Source of the DNA: Patescibacteria group bacterium
GTDB lineage: Bacteria; Patescibacteriota; Microgenomatia; UBA8517
Direction: 5' to 3'
NCBI GenBank assembly: GCA_026416845.1
Contig: JAOAEL010000007.1
Location: 78 to 64,077, forward strand
DNA: 64,000 bases
Position 1 is the first letter of the stretch; each line of letters starts with the position of its first letter. Both the position numbers and the translations under genes were made by a program. The notes under the pieces were generated by a model that made no database searches, had not been told where the DNA came from, and was given only the letters and a program-made list of their open reading frames with translations. Shown piece by piece: positions 8,928-19,603 of the stretch.

Positions 8928-10748
8928 TTGTTTATGCGAATTATAAATGTTGCTGTTATTGCTCATGTTGATCACGGCAAAACGACACTTGTTGACGCTA
9001 TCTTAAAACAGACTGACACTTTTCGTAGCAATCAAGCCGAGATGCAACAAACCACTATTTTAGATAGAAACGAGCTTGAAAGAGAGCGGGGAATTACAAT
9101 TATTGCTAAAAACTGTGCAGTTATGTACAAAGGTGTAAAAATCAATATTATTGACACTCCGGGTCATGCAGACTTTTCGGGAGAAGTTGAAAGAACTTTA
9201 GGAATGGCCGATGGCGCTCTCTTGATAGTTGACGCTCAGGAAGGCCCAATGCCTCAAACCAGATTCGTGCTTAAAAAAGCCATATCTTTGGGGCTGAAGA
9301 TAATTGTGGTTATCAACAAAATTGATAAACAATTTGCGAAACCGCAAGAGGCGCTTAGGAATGTTGAATCTCTTTTCTTGGAACTTGCCAATGATGAATC
9401 ATATCTTGATTTTCCTGTGTTATATGCGATAGGAAAACGGGGAGTTGTTTTTAATCAAATTCCAACCAATCTAGAACAAGAAGGCAATGTTTATCCTTTG
9501 TTGGATGCGATTTTGGATAATGTGCCTTGCGTTTCTGAAAAATCAGGTGTTTTTAAGATGGTTGTCACATCTTTGGATTATGATGCCTATTTGGGTAAGC
9601 TTGTAATTGGAAGAGTGTATCAAGGGAAAATTCAAAAAGGAATGAAGGTAATAAATACTAAGTTTGCAAATTCAATTTCAAAAGTTGAAAAACTTTTTGT
9701 TTATCAAGGATTAGACAAAGTGGAGGCTGAAGAAGCGCAAACAGGTGAAATAGTTTGTTTCTCTGGCGTGGGGCAAGTTTCAATTGGTGATACTATTTCA
9801 GATCCTTCAGATTGTGTTTCTCTGCCCGGTGTCAGTGTTGGCGAGCCAACGCTTCATATGACTATTGGTCCCAATACTTCTCCTTTTTCAGGTAAAGAAG
9901 GGAAATATACAACCAGTAGACAACTTGAAGAAAGACTAGAAAAAGAATTGGAAAGCAATTTAAGTTTGCGTCTTGAAAAACTTGGGAATGGAAAATTTGT
10001 GATTTCAGGGCGTGGCGAGCTGCATTTATCTGTTTTGCTTGAGACTTTAAGACGCGAAGGTTATGAGATGGAAGTGGGTAAACCTGAAGTAATAGTTAAA
10101 CAAATTGATGGTGTTTTAAAAGAGCCTGTGGAGGAGGTTCTGATAATTGTTCCTAGCGAATTTGTGGGTGTTGTGTCTGAAGAGTTGGGAAGAAGATACG
10201 CATCTCTTGTCAATATGCAGACTATAAATGAATATGAGACAGAATTTGTTTATAAAGCGCCAACAAGAGTTTTGATTGGTTTAAAAAGCGCGCTTTTGAC
10301 AGCGACAAAAGGCACAGTGGTTTATTCATCCACGTTAATGGGATATGAACCTTTAGGCAAAACACTTCCCAGATTAAGAAAGGGTGTTCTGATTGCCGAT
10401 CGTGCCGGAGAAGCTTTGGCTTACGGTCTTGAAAACGCTCAGGAAAGAGGTGTTACCTTCATAAATCCAGGAGAGCAAGTTTATGAAGGAATGATAATAG
10501 GTAGTAATGCCAAGGATGAGGATATTTTAATTAATGTAACAAAAGGCAAAAAACTTACTAATATGAGATCCAAATCTTCTGATGGCATTATACAACTAAC
10601 ACCAGCGACTAAGTTTTCTTTGGAGCAGTGTTTGGATTTTCTAGAAAGCGATGAGCTTTTGGAGATTACCCCATTATCTTTAAGATTGAGGAAAAAATAT
10701 CTTACAGAAGCTGAGAGAAGGAAAATGCAAAGGCAGATTGAACAATAA
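8928..10748 (+). CDS. typA: Translational GTPase TypA/BipA
   Basis: G-domain motifs (AHVDHGKTTL, DTPGH, NKID) and an EF-G-like domain order at 606 aa. Confidence 0.9.
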   Translation: MFMRIINVAVIAHVDHGKTTLVDAILKQTDTFRSNQAEMQQTTILDRNELERERGITIIAKNCAVMYKGVKINIIDTPGHADFSGEVERTLGMADGALLIVDAQEGPMPQTRFVLKKAISLGLKIIVVINKIDKQFAKPQEALRNVESLFLELANDESYLDFPVLYAIGKRGVVFNQIPTNLEQEGNVYPLLDAILDNVPCVSEKSGVFKMVVTSLDYDAYLGKLVIGRVYQGKIQKGMKVINTKFANSISKVEKLFVYQGLDKVEAEEAQTGEIVCFSGVGQVSIGDTISDPSDCVSLPGVSVGEPTLHMTIGPNTSPFSGKEGKYTTSRQLEERLEKELESNLSLRLEKLGNGKFVISGRGELHLSVLLETLRREGYEMEVGKPEVIVKQIDGVLKEPVEEVLIIVPSEFVGVVSEELGRRYASLVNMQTINEYETEFVYKAPTRVLIGLKSALLTATKGTVVYSSTLMGYEPLGKTLPRLRKGVLIADRAGEALAYGLENAQERGVTFINPGEQVYEGMIIGSNAKDEDILINVTKGKKLTNMRSKSSDGIIQLTPATKFSLEQCLDFLESDELLEITPLSLRLRKKYLTEAERRKMQRQIEQ

Positions 10749-11040
10749 ACCTGTTTCTTTGAAACAATGGCTTTTATATTTAAGTTCTTTGCCAAGCTGG
10801 TATTTTCAGGTTGATTTGATTATTTTAATTACCCATTGCGGTTTATCTTTGATTTACAAAAACAAACTTTAATAAATTAAAAGCAGTTTTTTATAAACTT
10901 TGTTAAATTTAATTCTGTTTTGACAAAATTGTTTTATTTGGAAAGATTTAGTTCTTAAATTGTCTTTTTGTTTGTCTTAAACTGTAAGTAATAAATTTGT
11001 TTGAAATTTTTTAATTCTGCTTGTTCGCATTGTCTAAGTT

Positions 11041-11577
11041 ATGCAATGGATTAAAAATGTATTTTTGTTTTTGCTCTTTGGAGTTGGTATTTTTATTTGT
11101 GTTATTGGTGCTGTTTTAATTATTCATGCAACTAGTAATTATTCTTATGTCAAAACATTTGAGGAGGAGATTCTAATTAAATCTCAAGCCAAAGATGTTT
11201 ATAATTTTATTTTGGATCCTCAAAAGGTTCAAGAATGGTGGAGTGGAACAAGAGAAGTTATTTTACTTACTCAAGGTGAACCGGGTAAAAATACCAAATA
11301 TGTTCTTGTTACTAATCAGGGAGATGTGTCTTTCAGTGTCAGAAGTTTATCTAAAGATAAAAGTATCGAACTTAGTTATGAGTTCAAAGATAATCAAAAT
11401 ATTGGCAACACACAATTTACCCTAATTGAACAGAATAAAAACACGACACTTAGAGTGAAAACTTCAATAAGATTTATTCGACAAAATGAAAGGTTTTGGT
11501 CCCCGGTGACAACTTATAATTTGCGTAAAAAAACTAAAAAAGATTTAGAAAAACTTAAAATTTTAATAGAAAAATAA
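11041..11577 (+). CDS. Membrane-anchored hypothetical protein, possibly an SRPBCC/START-like fold
   Basis: An N-terminal TM helix is followed by a ~150-aa soluble domain. No strong motif. Confidence 0.35.
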   Translation: MQWIKNVFLFLLFGVGIFICVIGAVLIIHATSNYSYVKTFEEEILIKSQAKDVYNFILDPQKVQEWWSGTREVILLTQGEPGKNTKYVLVTNQGDVSFSVRSLSKDKSIELSYEFKDNQNIGNTQFTLIEQNKNTTLRVKTSIRFIRQNERFWSPVTTYNLRKKTKKDLEKLKILIEK

Positions 11578-11581
11578 AGAT

Positions 11582-13240
11582 TTACTTTCTTTTGAAAAAT
11601 CTATTAAGCTGGTTTAATGTGATTTCAATTTTGACTGGTCTTCCGTGTGGGCATGTGTATAAGAAGTCTTCTTCTTCAAGTTGATTAATCAAGTTTAATC
11701 TTTCATCTGATGATAATGTTTGTCCAGCTTTTATAGCGCTTTTGCAAGCTATGTATGACAACATTTTGTAACTTTTGCTATCTATTTTGCTTACTTGTTT
11801 TGATTGAATCAGTTTTTCTATTATTTCTCTTATTATTTCTAAATGGTTACGGTCATGCAGTATCTTGGGGACATGAGTTAAGATTGGGTAGTTGTTGCCA
11901 AATTCTTCAATTTTGTAACCAATCTTGTTAAAAATTTCTTTGTTATCCCAGAAAATTTCAATTTCTCCTTTGGGTAGTTTTAACAAAATTGGCGATTCTA
12001 ATTCTAAAGCATTTTTAGGTGATATTTTTTCTAAAAAGGATTTTTTCAATTTCTTAAAAAGTATTGCTTCATGTACTGCATGTTGATCAAAAAAGGCTAC
12101 TCCCGATTGAGTTTCTTTTACTAAATATATCTTTTTTATTTGTAATATTTCATTGCTTTCTGAAGTGCTATTTTCATGAAGTTCATTTTTGAGTATAGCG
12201 CCTGCATAGCTATTAACTACTGATTTTTTCCAGCTAATATTACCGAATGTTAAATTGTTTTTGCTTAAGGTATTTAAAATGGCTTTTAATGTCTCAGAAT
12301 ATATTTGCTCAGGAATTCTAAATCGCACATCTTCTTTTCTGGGGTGTATGTTCACATCGACTAATTCTGTATGTATGTTAATTTTCAGAATTGCCATTGG
12401 GTACATTGTATGCTCGAGTAAATTTTCATAACCTTCTTTTATTGCGGAATTAATAAGAGAATTGTATATTCTTCGATTGTTTAAATAGGTGAAAATTTTG
12501 TTTGTTGTTGTGAAAGATATTTGTGGATGTGCCAAAAAGCCTTCTATGGATAAATAACTGCCTTTGTAATTTATATGCAAAAGGTTTTGTAAGATTTCTT
12601 GGCCAAATACATTTTCAATTTTTTCTTCTATAGTTTGTTTTTTGAGTATTTCATAAATTAGTTTGCTGTCGCTTCTCAAAGTAAAGCCAATGTTTTGCGT
12701 GCCTAGCACAAAATCAATAAAAGTGTCGATTATATGTTTTAGTTCTGTCTTTTTTGAACTAAGAAATTTTTTTCTTGTTGGCACATTATCAAATAGTTGT
12801 CTCACATCTACTTTTGTTCCTTCTTTCAACGCTATTGGTTCTATATTTATATCTTCGCAAATTTTTACTAGTCTATGTCCGAATTTGTCTTTCTCTCTTT
12901 TTGATTCTATTGATAGATTAGAAACATTAGCTATACTTGTTAAAGCTTCACCCCTAAATCCAAGTGTTTTTATATTTGTTAGATCTTCCAGTTTGTGTAT
13001 TTTGCTTGTGGCATGTGGTTTGATAGATAAAAGCAAGTCTTCTTTGCTCATGCCAATTCCATTATCGACAACTCTTATTAAAGCAAGTCCGCTATCTTCA
13101 ATTTCAACATCTATTTGTGTGGACAAAGCGTCTATTGAATTCTCAATTAATTCTTTTATTACATATGAAGGCCTTTCGATAACTTCTCCGGCCGCGATTC
13201 TTGACACTACTGATTCTGGCAATATTTTAATCTTTGGCAT
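11582..13240 (-). CDS. mutL: DNA mismatch repair protein MutL
   Basis: N-terminal GHKL ATPase motifs (AAGEVIERPSYVIKELIENSIDA) at 552 aa. It overlaps the mutS stop in an operon-like way. Confidence 0.9.
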   Translation of the reverse strand: MPKIKILPESVVSRIAAGEVIERPSYVIKELIENSIDALSTQIDVEIEDSGLALIRVVDNGIGMSKEDLLLSIKPHATSKIHKLEDLTNIKTLGFRGEALTSIANVSNLSIESKREKDKFGHRLVKICEDINIEPIALKEGTKVDVRQLFDNVPTRKKFLSSKKTELKHIIDTFIDFVLGTQNIGFTLRSDSKLIYEILKKQTIEEKIENVFGQEILQNLLHINYKGSYLSIEGFLAHPQISFTTTNKIFTYLNNRRIYNSLINSAIKEGYENLLEHTMYPMAILKINIHTELVDVNIHPRKEDVRFRIPEQIYSETLKAILNTLSKNNLTFGNISWKKSVVNSYAGAILKNELHENSTSESNEILQIKKIYLVKETQSGVAFFDQHAVHEAILFKKLKKSFLEKISPKNALELESPILLKLPKGEIEIFWDNKEIFNKIGYKIEEFGNNYPILTHVPKILHDRNHLEIIREIIEKLIQSKQVSKIDSKSYKMLSYIACKSAIKAGQTLSSDERLNLINQLEEEDFLYTCPHGRPVKIEITLNQLNRFFKRK

Positions 13241-15839
13241 ACTTCTCTTTTATTTGAGCAAGAAAATTTAAGGCTTTAATTGGTGTTAGTTGATTGATAT
13301 TAATGTTTCTAATTAAATTGATAATTTCTTTATTTGTTGATTTTTCACTTTTAAGATTGATTTGATCTTTTTCTTTTTTATCTTCTTGTTTATTTTTTTC
13401 GAGAGATTCCAAATTTTTTTGAGCATTTATTATGACACTTTCCGGGACTCCTGCAAGCTTGGCTACCGCTATTCCAAAACTGTGAGAGGCGCCACCCGGT
13501 TTTAGTTTATATAAAAAAATCGGCAGATTTTCGTTTTCAATAACCTCCATGTGGTAATTGCTTACTTTGTTAGGATAAATTTCTTCCAATTTTTGAAGTT
13601 CATGATAATGAGTTGCAAATAAAGTTTTTGGAGTTGGGGTAAAATTTTTGATTAAATATTCGGCAATTGATTGGGCTATGCTTATTCCGTCATATGTGCT
13701 TGTGCCTCTTCCTATCTCATCCATTACAATTAAGCTTTGACTGGTAGCGTTGTTTAGAATAAAGGCTGTTTCTACCATCTCAACCATGAAAGTTGATAGC
13801 CCATCAGCAATCATATCTGACGCTCCGGATCTAACAAATATTTTGTCGACAATACTTACTCTTGCTTTTGATGCAGGTACAAAACATCCTATATGGGCAA
13901 GAAGTACAATAATAGCAATTTGGCGAATAAAAACTGATTTTCCTGCCATGTTTGGTCCAGTGATTATTATTAATGGTTGTTTGATGTTATCCATAGTTAT
14001 GGAATTTGGTATAAATGCTTTTTGAGGGAGCGAGTTTTCAACTACTGGATGTCTGCCTTCTTTTATAACTATTTCTCCTGAGTATAGAAGTTGAGGTTTC
14101 ACGTAGTTTTGCCTTTCAGACAAATCCGCAAATCCAACCAAACAGTCAAGTGTTGCTATTGCATTTGCCGCTTTTTGTATAAGCAAAGATTGTTTTATTA
14201 CATTTTGCAAAACTTCATTATATATTTCATATTCTTTTTGTTTCAGTTCCTCTTCGGCTACTAAAATTTTTGATTCCCACTCTTTTAGTTCAGGTGTGAT
14301 AAATCTTTCGCCATTTACTAAAGTTTGTTTTCTTATGTAATTTTGAGGCACGTTTTTTATGTTTGATTTGCTGACTTCTATATAATAACCAAATACTTTG
14401 TTGTATCTGACTTTTAGCGAAGAAATTTTTGTTCTCTCTTTCTCTTTTTTTTCTAGCGAAGCCAGCCATTCTTGTCCCCCATTAATAAGCCTGCGCAACA
14501 TGTCAATTTTTTCATCGACATTTTCTCGTATTATTCCCCCTTCTTTCACAGAGAAAGGAGGATCAGGGAGTATGTAATCATCTATATATTTGACAAGAAA
14601 AGTGATTTTGGTTGAAATTTCTTTTTGAATGTCTTGAATTATTTTGGTGTCAATTTTAACTAATAAATGTTTAATTTTTATAATTTTTGCAAGCGCGTTT
14701 TTTAATGTTATTAAATCTCTGGCGTTTCCAATTCCTACTGACAAACGAGACAAGATTCTTTCAATATCTGGTATTTCTGTTAACAAATTTCTTATAGACT
14801 CTCTTTCTTTATGGTTTTTAATTAGCTCTTCCACTCCATCAAGTCTTTCTAAAATTTGTTGTCTTTTTCTTAGTGGATTTGCCAACCAATTTTTCAGCAT
14901 TCGTCCGCCCATTGCTGTGTTGGTTTTATCAATGGTTGATAAAAGTGTTCCGGATGTTTCTCGTTCTCGTATTGTTGAAAAAAGCTCTAAGTTAATTATT
15001 GTCGATTTATCAAGTGAAACGTATTCTTCGGATTCGAGCACTTTTATTTTTTTTATGTGTTTTAATTTTCCTTTTTGAGTATTTTGCAAATAACCAATTA
15101 AAGCGCCGCAGGTTTTTTGAGAAAGAATAAGATTTTCTATGCCAAATCCGTCTAATGTTTTTACCGCGAATTGCGCAAGCAAGGTTTCTTTATTAGCGTA
15201 TCTTTCCCAATCATTATAGGGGTATATTGCTAAATTTCTGATTGCTTTAAGAGTTTTTAGTAGGTTTGGATTATTGTATAGTCTTTCTGGCAAGATACAT
15301 TCTGAAGGCTGAATTTTGATTAGTTGGTCAATTAATTCTTGATTAATTTCTGTGTATGTATTTTGACAGGTTGCCAGATAGCCAGTAGAGATATCTGCTA
15401 TTGATATAGAGTAATACAAGTTGTCGTAATCAATGCTTATTAAATAATTATTTTGTTTGCGATCTAAGGACTTTTCGTCAAAAAGGGTTCCTGGTGTTAC
15501 GATTCTTACGACATCTCTTTCAACAATGCCGTATTTATTGGGTTCGCTTACTTGTTCGCAAATTGCGACTTTATATCCAGCCTTTATTAATTTTGCCAAA
15601 TACGCATCAACTGCGTGATATGGCACTCCAGCCATAGGAATTCGACCGTCTTTGCCTTTTGGCCTTGAGGTAAGGGCTATGTCAAGAACTTGAGCGCCTA
15701 TTTGGGCATCGTCTAAAAACAATTCGTAAAAATCGCCTAGTCTGAAGAAAAGTAAACAATCTTTGTATTTTTTTTTGATCGAAGCATATTGCTTCATCAT
15801 TGGAGTTGTAAATTTATCTAATTGACCTTTTTTGTCCAT
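13227..15839 (-). CDS. mutS: DNA mismatch repair protein MutS
   Basis: A mismatch-binding N-terminus (FRLGDFYELF) and a Walker A (GPNMAGKS) at 870 aa. Confidence 0.9.
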   Translation of the reverse strand: MDKKGQLDKFTTPMMKQYASIKKKYKDCLLFFRLGDFYELFLDDAQIGAQVLDIALTSRPKGKDGRIPMAGVPYHAVDAYLAKLIKAGYKVAICEQVSEPNKYGIVERDVVRIVTPGTLFDEKSLDRKQNNYLISIDYDNLYYSISIADISTGYLATCQNTYTEINQELIDQLIKIQPSECILPERLYNNPNLLKTLKAIRNLAIYPYNDWERYANKETLLAQFAVKTLDGFGIENLILSQKTCGALIGYLQNTQKGKLKHIKKIKVLESEEYVSLDKSTIINLELFSTIRERETSGTLLSTIDKTNTAMGGRMLKNWLANPLRKRQQILERLDGVEELIKNHKERESIRNLLTEIPDIERILSRLSVGIGNARDLITLKNALAKIIKIKHLLVKIDTKIIQDIQKEISTKITFLVKYIDDYILPDPPFSVKEGGIIRENVDEKIDMLRRLINGGQEWLASLEKKEKERTKISSLKVRYNKVFGYYIEVSKSNIKNVPQNYIRKQTLVNGERFITPELKEWESKILVAEEELKQKEYEIYNEVLQNVIKQSLLIQKAANAIATLDCLVGFADLSERQNYVKPQLLYSGEIVIKEGRHPVVENSLPQKAFIPNSITMDNIKQPLIIITGPNMAGKSVFIRQIAIIVLLAHIGCFVPASKARVSIVDKIFVRSGASDMIADGLSTFMVEMVETAFILNNATSQSLIVMDEIGRGTSTYDGISIAQSIAEYLIKNFTPTPKTLFATHYHELQKLEEIYPNKVSNYHMEVIENENLPIFLYKLKPGGASHSFGIAVAKLAGVPESVIINAQKNLESLEKNKQEDKKEKDQINLKSEKSTNKEIINLIRNININQLTPIKALNFLAQIKEKYAKD

Positions 15840-15936
15840 CGAAAATCAATATATCACAATGTTTTGATCTGAAAACAATTTTAGTTTTTGTGACGTTTAT
15901 GAAAAATTTAAGTTAATGTCTGAAAAGATTTAAATT

Positions 15937-16644
15937 TTAAATCTCAGTACTTTTTCTTTCTATCAAAATAAACCTTGGGATTCCTTGAGAGTTTGTTAAT
16001 ATTGTCGAATTACCAACTTTTCCTGTAATTTTTTTGATTAAGTATAAGTTATCGTTGTTACATTGGATTAAAACAAACTTTGGTTTAATTATTGGAATGT
16101 GTTTTATTATATCCTCTATTGGTTTAAGTCCATAATTGTCTGAGGTAACAATTGCTTGTTTAGGCTCTTTTAGTATGAGTGGATTTTCTTTTATGAAACT
16201 GTCTTTTTTATACAAAATTCGGCTTATGTAAGGAGGATTTATGACAAAAAAATCCACTTTGCTGGCGCTGAATTCATGTAGCCAACTTGAGTGATGGTTT
16301 CTAACAAATTTTATATTCAAACAATTATTTTCCACAGCGTTAAGCTGTGCAATTTTAAGTATTTTTGTCGAATAGTCACTGGCAAGAAATTTTATATCTG
16401 GGAATTTTTTAGCCAAAAAGATTGCGATAAATCCAGATCCAGTTCCCGGATCTGCGACGGTTTTTATGTTTGAGTTTCTTTTTATTATACCTGAGGCAAT
16501 TTGTATTAATTCAACTGTTGTTGGATGAGGCACATAGGTATGTTCATTCAAATGAAGTTTTATGCCTTCTATCTCCCCTTCATATTCGTAATTTTTATCT
16601 ATTTCACCAATTATTTTTTCTCTTAAATCATTTGTTAGTCTCAT
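15937..16644 (-). CDS. HemK/PrmC-like SAM-dependent methyltransferase (NPPY motif)
   Basis: A SAM-binding motif (DPGTGSGFIAI) and a catalytic NPPY. Confidence 0.6.
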   Translation of the reverse strand: MRLTNDLREKIIGEIDKNYEYEGEIEGIKLHLNEHTYVPHPTTVELIQIASGIIKRNSNIKTVADPGTGSGFIAIFLAKKFPDIKFLASDYSTKILKIAQLNAVENNCLNIKFVRNHHSSWLHEFSASKVDFFVINPPYISRILYKKDSFIKENPLILKEPKQAIVTSDNYGLKPIEDIIKHIPIIKPKFVLIQCNNDNLYLIKKITGKVGNSTILTNSQGIPRFILIERKSTEI

Positions 16645-16668
16645 TATGATTGGTATTTTACAAATACT

Positions 16669-17190
16669 ATGCCAAGTAGTACATTGTTAGAAGTCAAAAA
16701 AATATCTTTTTGTTATAAATTTATGAATATAAAAAATTTGCCTTACAGACAAGGGGTTATCGGTGTGATAACAAATAAAGAAAACGAGATTTTGATAGTT
16801 CAAATGGTTGCTTATGGTGTAAATGATTGGAGGTTTCCTGGTGGCGGTATTGAAGATGGAGAGTCTCCCGAAAACGCTTTATTGAGAGAGCTTGACGAAG
16901 AATTAGGAACAGACAAGTTTATCATAAAGAAAAGGTCAGCAATTCTAAATAGGTATGAATGGTCTAATGAAATGGTACAAAAACAATATAGAAAACGAAA
17001 AAGATATTACCGCGGGCAGGAACAAATCCAATTTTTGGTGGAATTTACAGGCGAAAAGTTTGATATCAGGATTAATTCTAAAGAATTGAGACAAATAAAG
17101 TGGGTAAAAAAAGATGAGATAAAAAGATATTTTAATTTTAAAGGCCAGTATGAAATGGCAATGAATGTGTTTGAAGAGTTTGGTTTATAA
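16669..17190 (+). CDS. NUDIX hydrolase
   Basis: Nudix box GGGIEDGESPENALLRELDEELG. The true start is probably the internal Met near 16717. Confidence 0.75.
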   Translation: MPSSTLLEVKKISFCYKFMNIKNLPYRQGVIGVITNKENEILIVQMVAYGVNDWRFPGGGIEDGESPENALLRELDEELGTDKFIIKKRSAILNRYEWSNEMVQKQYRKRKRYYRGQEQIQFLVEFTGEKFDIRINSKELRQIKWVKKDEIKRYFNFKGQYEMAMNVFEEFGL

Positions 17191-17916
17191 TTTTTTATCT
17201 GCTTTTTGTTTATAATGTCCAAAATTGTATTTTATTTTATTTGCCTGATCGAAGGCTTCAAAAAGGAAAAAGAATGATAACAATAGATATAGAAAAGTTG
17301 TTTTTATTATTCCATCTTTTTTGAATCTTCTATCTGAAACAAAAACACAAAAAGGCATTATTATAAACTTTCCTGTTTTTGCGGCTTTTCTTATGAAGTG
17401 TATGTCATCGTAGGTGTGTTTGCTTTCGAATCCTCCCGTTTTATGGTAATGATCCCTTTTGACAACTATAAACGCTCCTGCTCCTGAAGGTTTTATTTTC
17501 TGAAAAATAAAAAAAATTAAATTAAAGAAAAGGTAAACTATCCATATTGGTATATTTTTTGAAGATGGCAGATAATACGCGCATGCTATGTCAGGATTGT
17601 GTTTTCCAAAATAAAAAAATATTTTCTCTATGAAATTAGGTTTTACTCTGGTATCAGCGTCTAAGAAGACTAATATGTCGCTTGTTAATCTTTGAGCACC
17701 GAAGTGTCTTTGATGTCCTACTCCTCTTTTTGACTTAATTAATTTGACATTTTTGTATTTTTTCACTATCTCTCTGGTTTTATCAGATGATTTTCCATCA
17801 ACAATCAGAATTTCATTCGCCTTTATAGTTTGATTTTCTAAATCGCTAAGCAATAATCCTATGTGATCTTCTTCGTTTAGAGTTGGTATGACTATCCCTA
17901 TTGTTTTACCGCTCAT
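17185..17916 (-). CDS. Family 2 glycosyltransferase
   Basis: GT-A N-terminus (IVIPTLNEE ... VDGKSSDKT ... DAD). Confidence 0.65.
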   Translation of the reverse strand: MSGKTIGIVIPTLNEEDHIGLLLSDLENQTIKANEILIVDGKSSDKTREIVKKYKNVKLIKSKRGVGHQRHFGAQRLTSDILVFLDADTRVKPNFIEKIFFYFGKHNPDIACAYYLPSSKNIPIWIVYLFFNLIFFIFQKIKPSGAGAFIVVKRDHYHKTGGFESKHTYDDIHFIRKAAKTGKFIIMPFCVFVSDRRFKKDGIIKTTFLYLLLSFFFLFEAFDQANKIKYNFGHYKQKADKKL

Positions 17917-18768
17917 TTAATTAAAAAAACTTATGCCTTTTAGGTGTAGTGTCAGAAAAAACAAGTAACCGCCAACAAAAAAATTCAAGAACGGGAACAT
18001 CCAGTATATCTTTGAAATGTTTGACTTTTTTAAAAGAATATAAATTGGGATTATTGGATAGATTATTGATGGTATAAATAAAATACTTTTGTAAATTAGT
18101 ATTGTTGTGGTGACGAACCAAAAAAAACTACAGAGTAACAAACTTTTGTGTTCTCCCAATTTTACCGCGCTTGTTTGCAATCCTGCTTTTGTGTCTGGTC
18201 TGATATCTGGTATTGCTGAGAATAAGTGCATTGAAAAGCACCAAACAAATGAAGCGATAATGTAGCTTAAATCAGGTATCTTATTAGTTGTTAAAACATA
18301 ACCATATAATCCTGGCATTGCATATAGACAATTAGACATAAAATCCAAAATTGGTTTTGATTTAAATCTAATTGGGTGCACACTGTAAAAAAAACCAAGA
18401 ACAAAAAAAGCAAGCAAGATTAGACTTGAAAGTTTATTCCCAATTAAGAATAAGGGTATTGACATTAAAAGTGAAAGAAATATTGATATCAAATATAGAT
18501 TTAATTGATTGAATTTATATTTATTTTCCTTGTTAGTTTTTTTAGGATTGTATTTATCTGTATCTTTGTCTGAGAGATCATTTATTCCGTAGAGGAATAA
18601 GTTTGCCGGCACTAAAAAATAAGCCAAGCCGTAAAAAAAATTCAATGAATAAAATTTTTCCAAATTTGTAATTCCGGCTGTATAGCCTACCAAAAAAGGT
18701 CCTGCTAGGTAAATCCAAAAAAGAGGTCTTGAGATTTTGAATACTGTTTTTATAGAAGTGATATCCAT
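17917..18768 (-). CDS. UbiA-family aromatic/isoprenoid prenyltransferase (membrane)
   Basis: Polytopic membrane protein with Asp-rich motifs of UbiA-type prenyltransferases (NDLSDKDTD). Confidence 0.6.
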   Translation of the reverse strand: MDITSIKTVFKISRPLFWIYLAGPFLVGYTAGITNLEKFYSLNFFYGLAYFLVPANLFLYGINDLSDKDTDKYNPKKTNKENKYKFNQLNLYLISIFLSLLMSIPLFLIGNKLSSLILLAFFVLGFFYSVHPIRFKSKPILDFMSNCLYAMPGLYGYVLTTNKIPDLSYIIASFVWCFSMHLFSAIPDIRPDTKAGLQTSAVKLGEHKSLLLCSFFWFVTTTILIYKSILFIPSIIYPIIPIYILLKKSNISKIYWMFPFLNFFVGGYLFFLTLHLKGISFFN

Positions 18769-19571
18769 ACAGATAATGCTTCTTTTATGACGCGGTAAGG
18801 CGATGGTTTTACCTTTTTCTCAAAGACGATCATTGGGTTTTTGTATATTTTATTTATTGTCCATTTGTAAAGATTTGATGCAGTTTGAATAGGAATTCTG
18901 TACTTTTTGGGTATGTATCTAAAACCATTTTCGGCTTCGTTTTGAATTTTGTAGTAAATTTGTATTTGGGATCTGATTAAGGCTGACATTTTCTCTGAAT
19001 TTTGGTGCTCTAGATAATCCTTGTTTGTTAAATTGTGTTTGATAAGTTCTGATTTTGGTATATATATTCTTCCCAGTAAAATATCTTCGTTGATATCTCT
19101 TATGAAATTTGCGTATTGCATAGCTTTGCCTAGTAATTCTGCGTAAGGAAAAGATTCTTTGGGCAAGTCAAGAATATAAGCCATCATCACCCCAATGACA
19201 TTTGCAGATCCATAGATATACTGATCAAGTTCTGAAAAATTTTCATACTCTTTTTTACTTAAATCTTTTTCCATTGCGGATAAAAAACTGAAAATTAATT
19301 CTTGAGGAATTTTTCTTTTATTAAAAAGCGCCGCGCAGTCATCTATTATTATGTTACCAGTATGTGTTTTTTCTCTAAATGCTTGTTTGGTTAATTTTTT
19401 AAAATTGTAAAAATCTTCTTTTTTTTGTGGTATGACATCCACAAAATTATCAGCGGTCCTGACATAAGCATACAAGGTAAACACTTCTTTTTTAACTTCT
19501 TTTGGAAAGAATAAACTTGAATAATAATAAATTATACTTCCATTTTTGAAAATTTTTTGTTGCAGGTTCAT
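18750..19571 (-). CDS. Squalene/phytoene synthase family protein (CrtB/HpnD-like)
   Basis: YAYVRTADNFVD and ANFIRDINEDILLGRIYIP match the two Asp-rich motifs of head-to-head isoprenoid synthases. It overlaps the prenyltransferase gene by 19 nt, which suggests an operon. Confidence 0.65.
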   Translation of the reverse strand: MNLQQKIFKNGSIIYYYSSLFFPKEVKKEVFTLYAYVRTADNFVDVIPQKKEDFYNFKKLTKQAFREKTHTGNIIIDDCAALFNKRKIPQELIFSFLSAMEKDLSKKEYENFSELDQYIYGSANVIGVMMAYILDLPKESFPYAELLGKAMQYANFIRDINEDILLGRIYIPKSELIKHNLTNKDYLEHQNSEKMSALIRSQIQIYYKIQNEAENGFRYIPKKYRIPIQTASNLYKWTINKIYKNPMIVFEKKVKPSPYRVIKEALSVWISLL

Positions 19572-19603
19572 TTTTTTAAAGATTAGTGAATAAAAATTTG
19601 TGT

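Noticed and set aside
12663-15078. Several plus-strand ORFs (12663..13271, 13750..14025, 14644..15078) antisense to mutL and mutS
   Set aside because: They lie entirely within well-supported minus-strand genes. They are Ser/Phe/Ile-rich, typical of antisense reading of AT-rich coding DNA.
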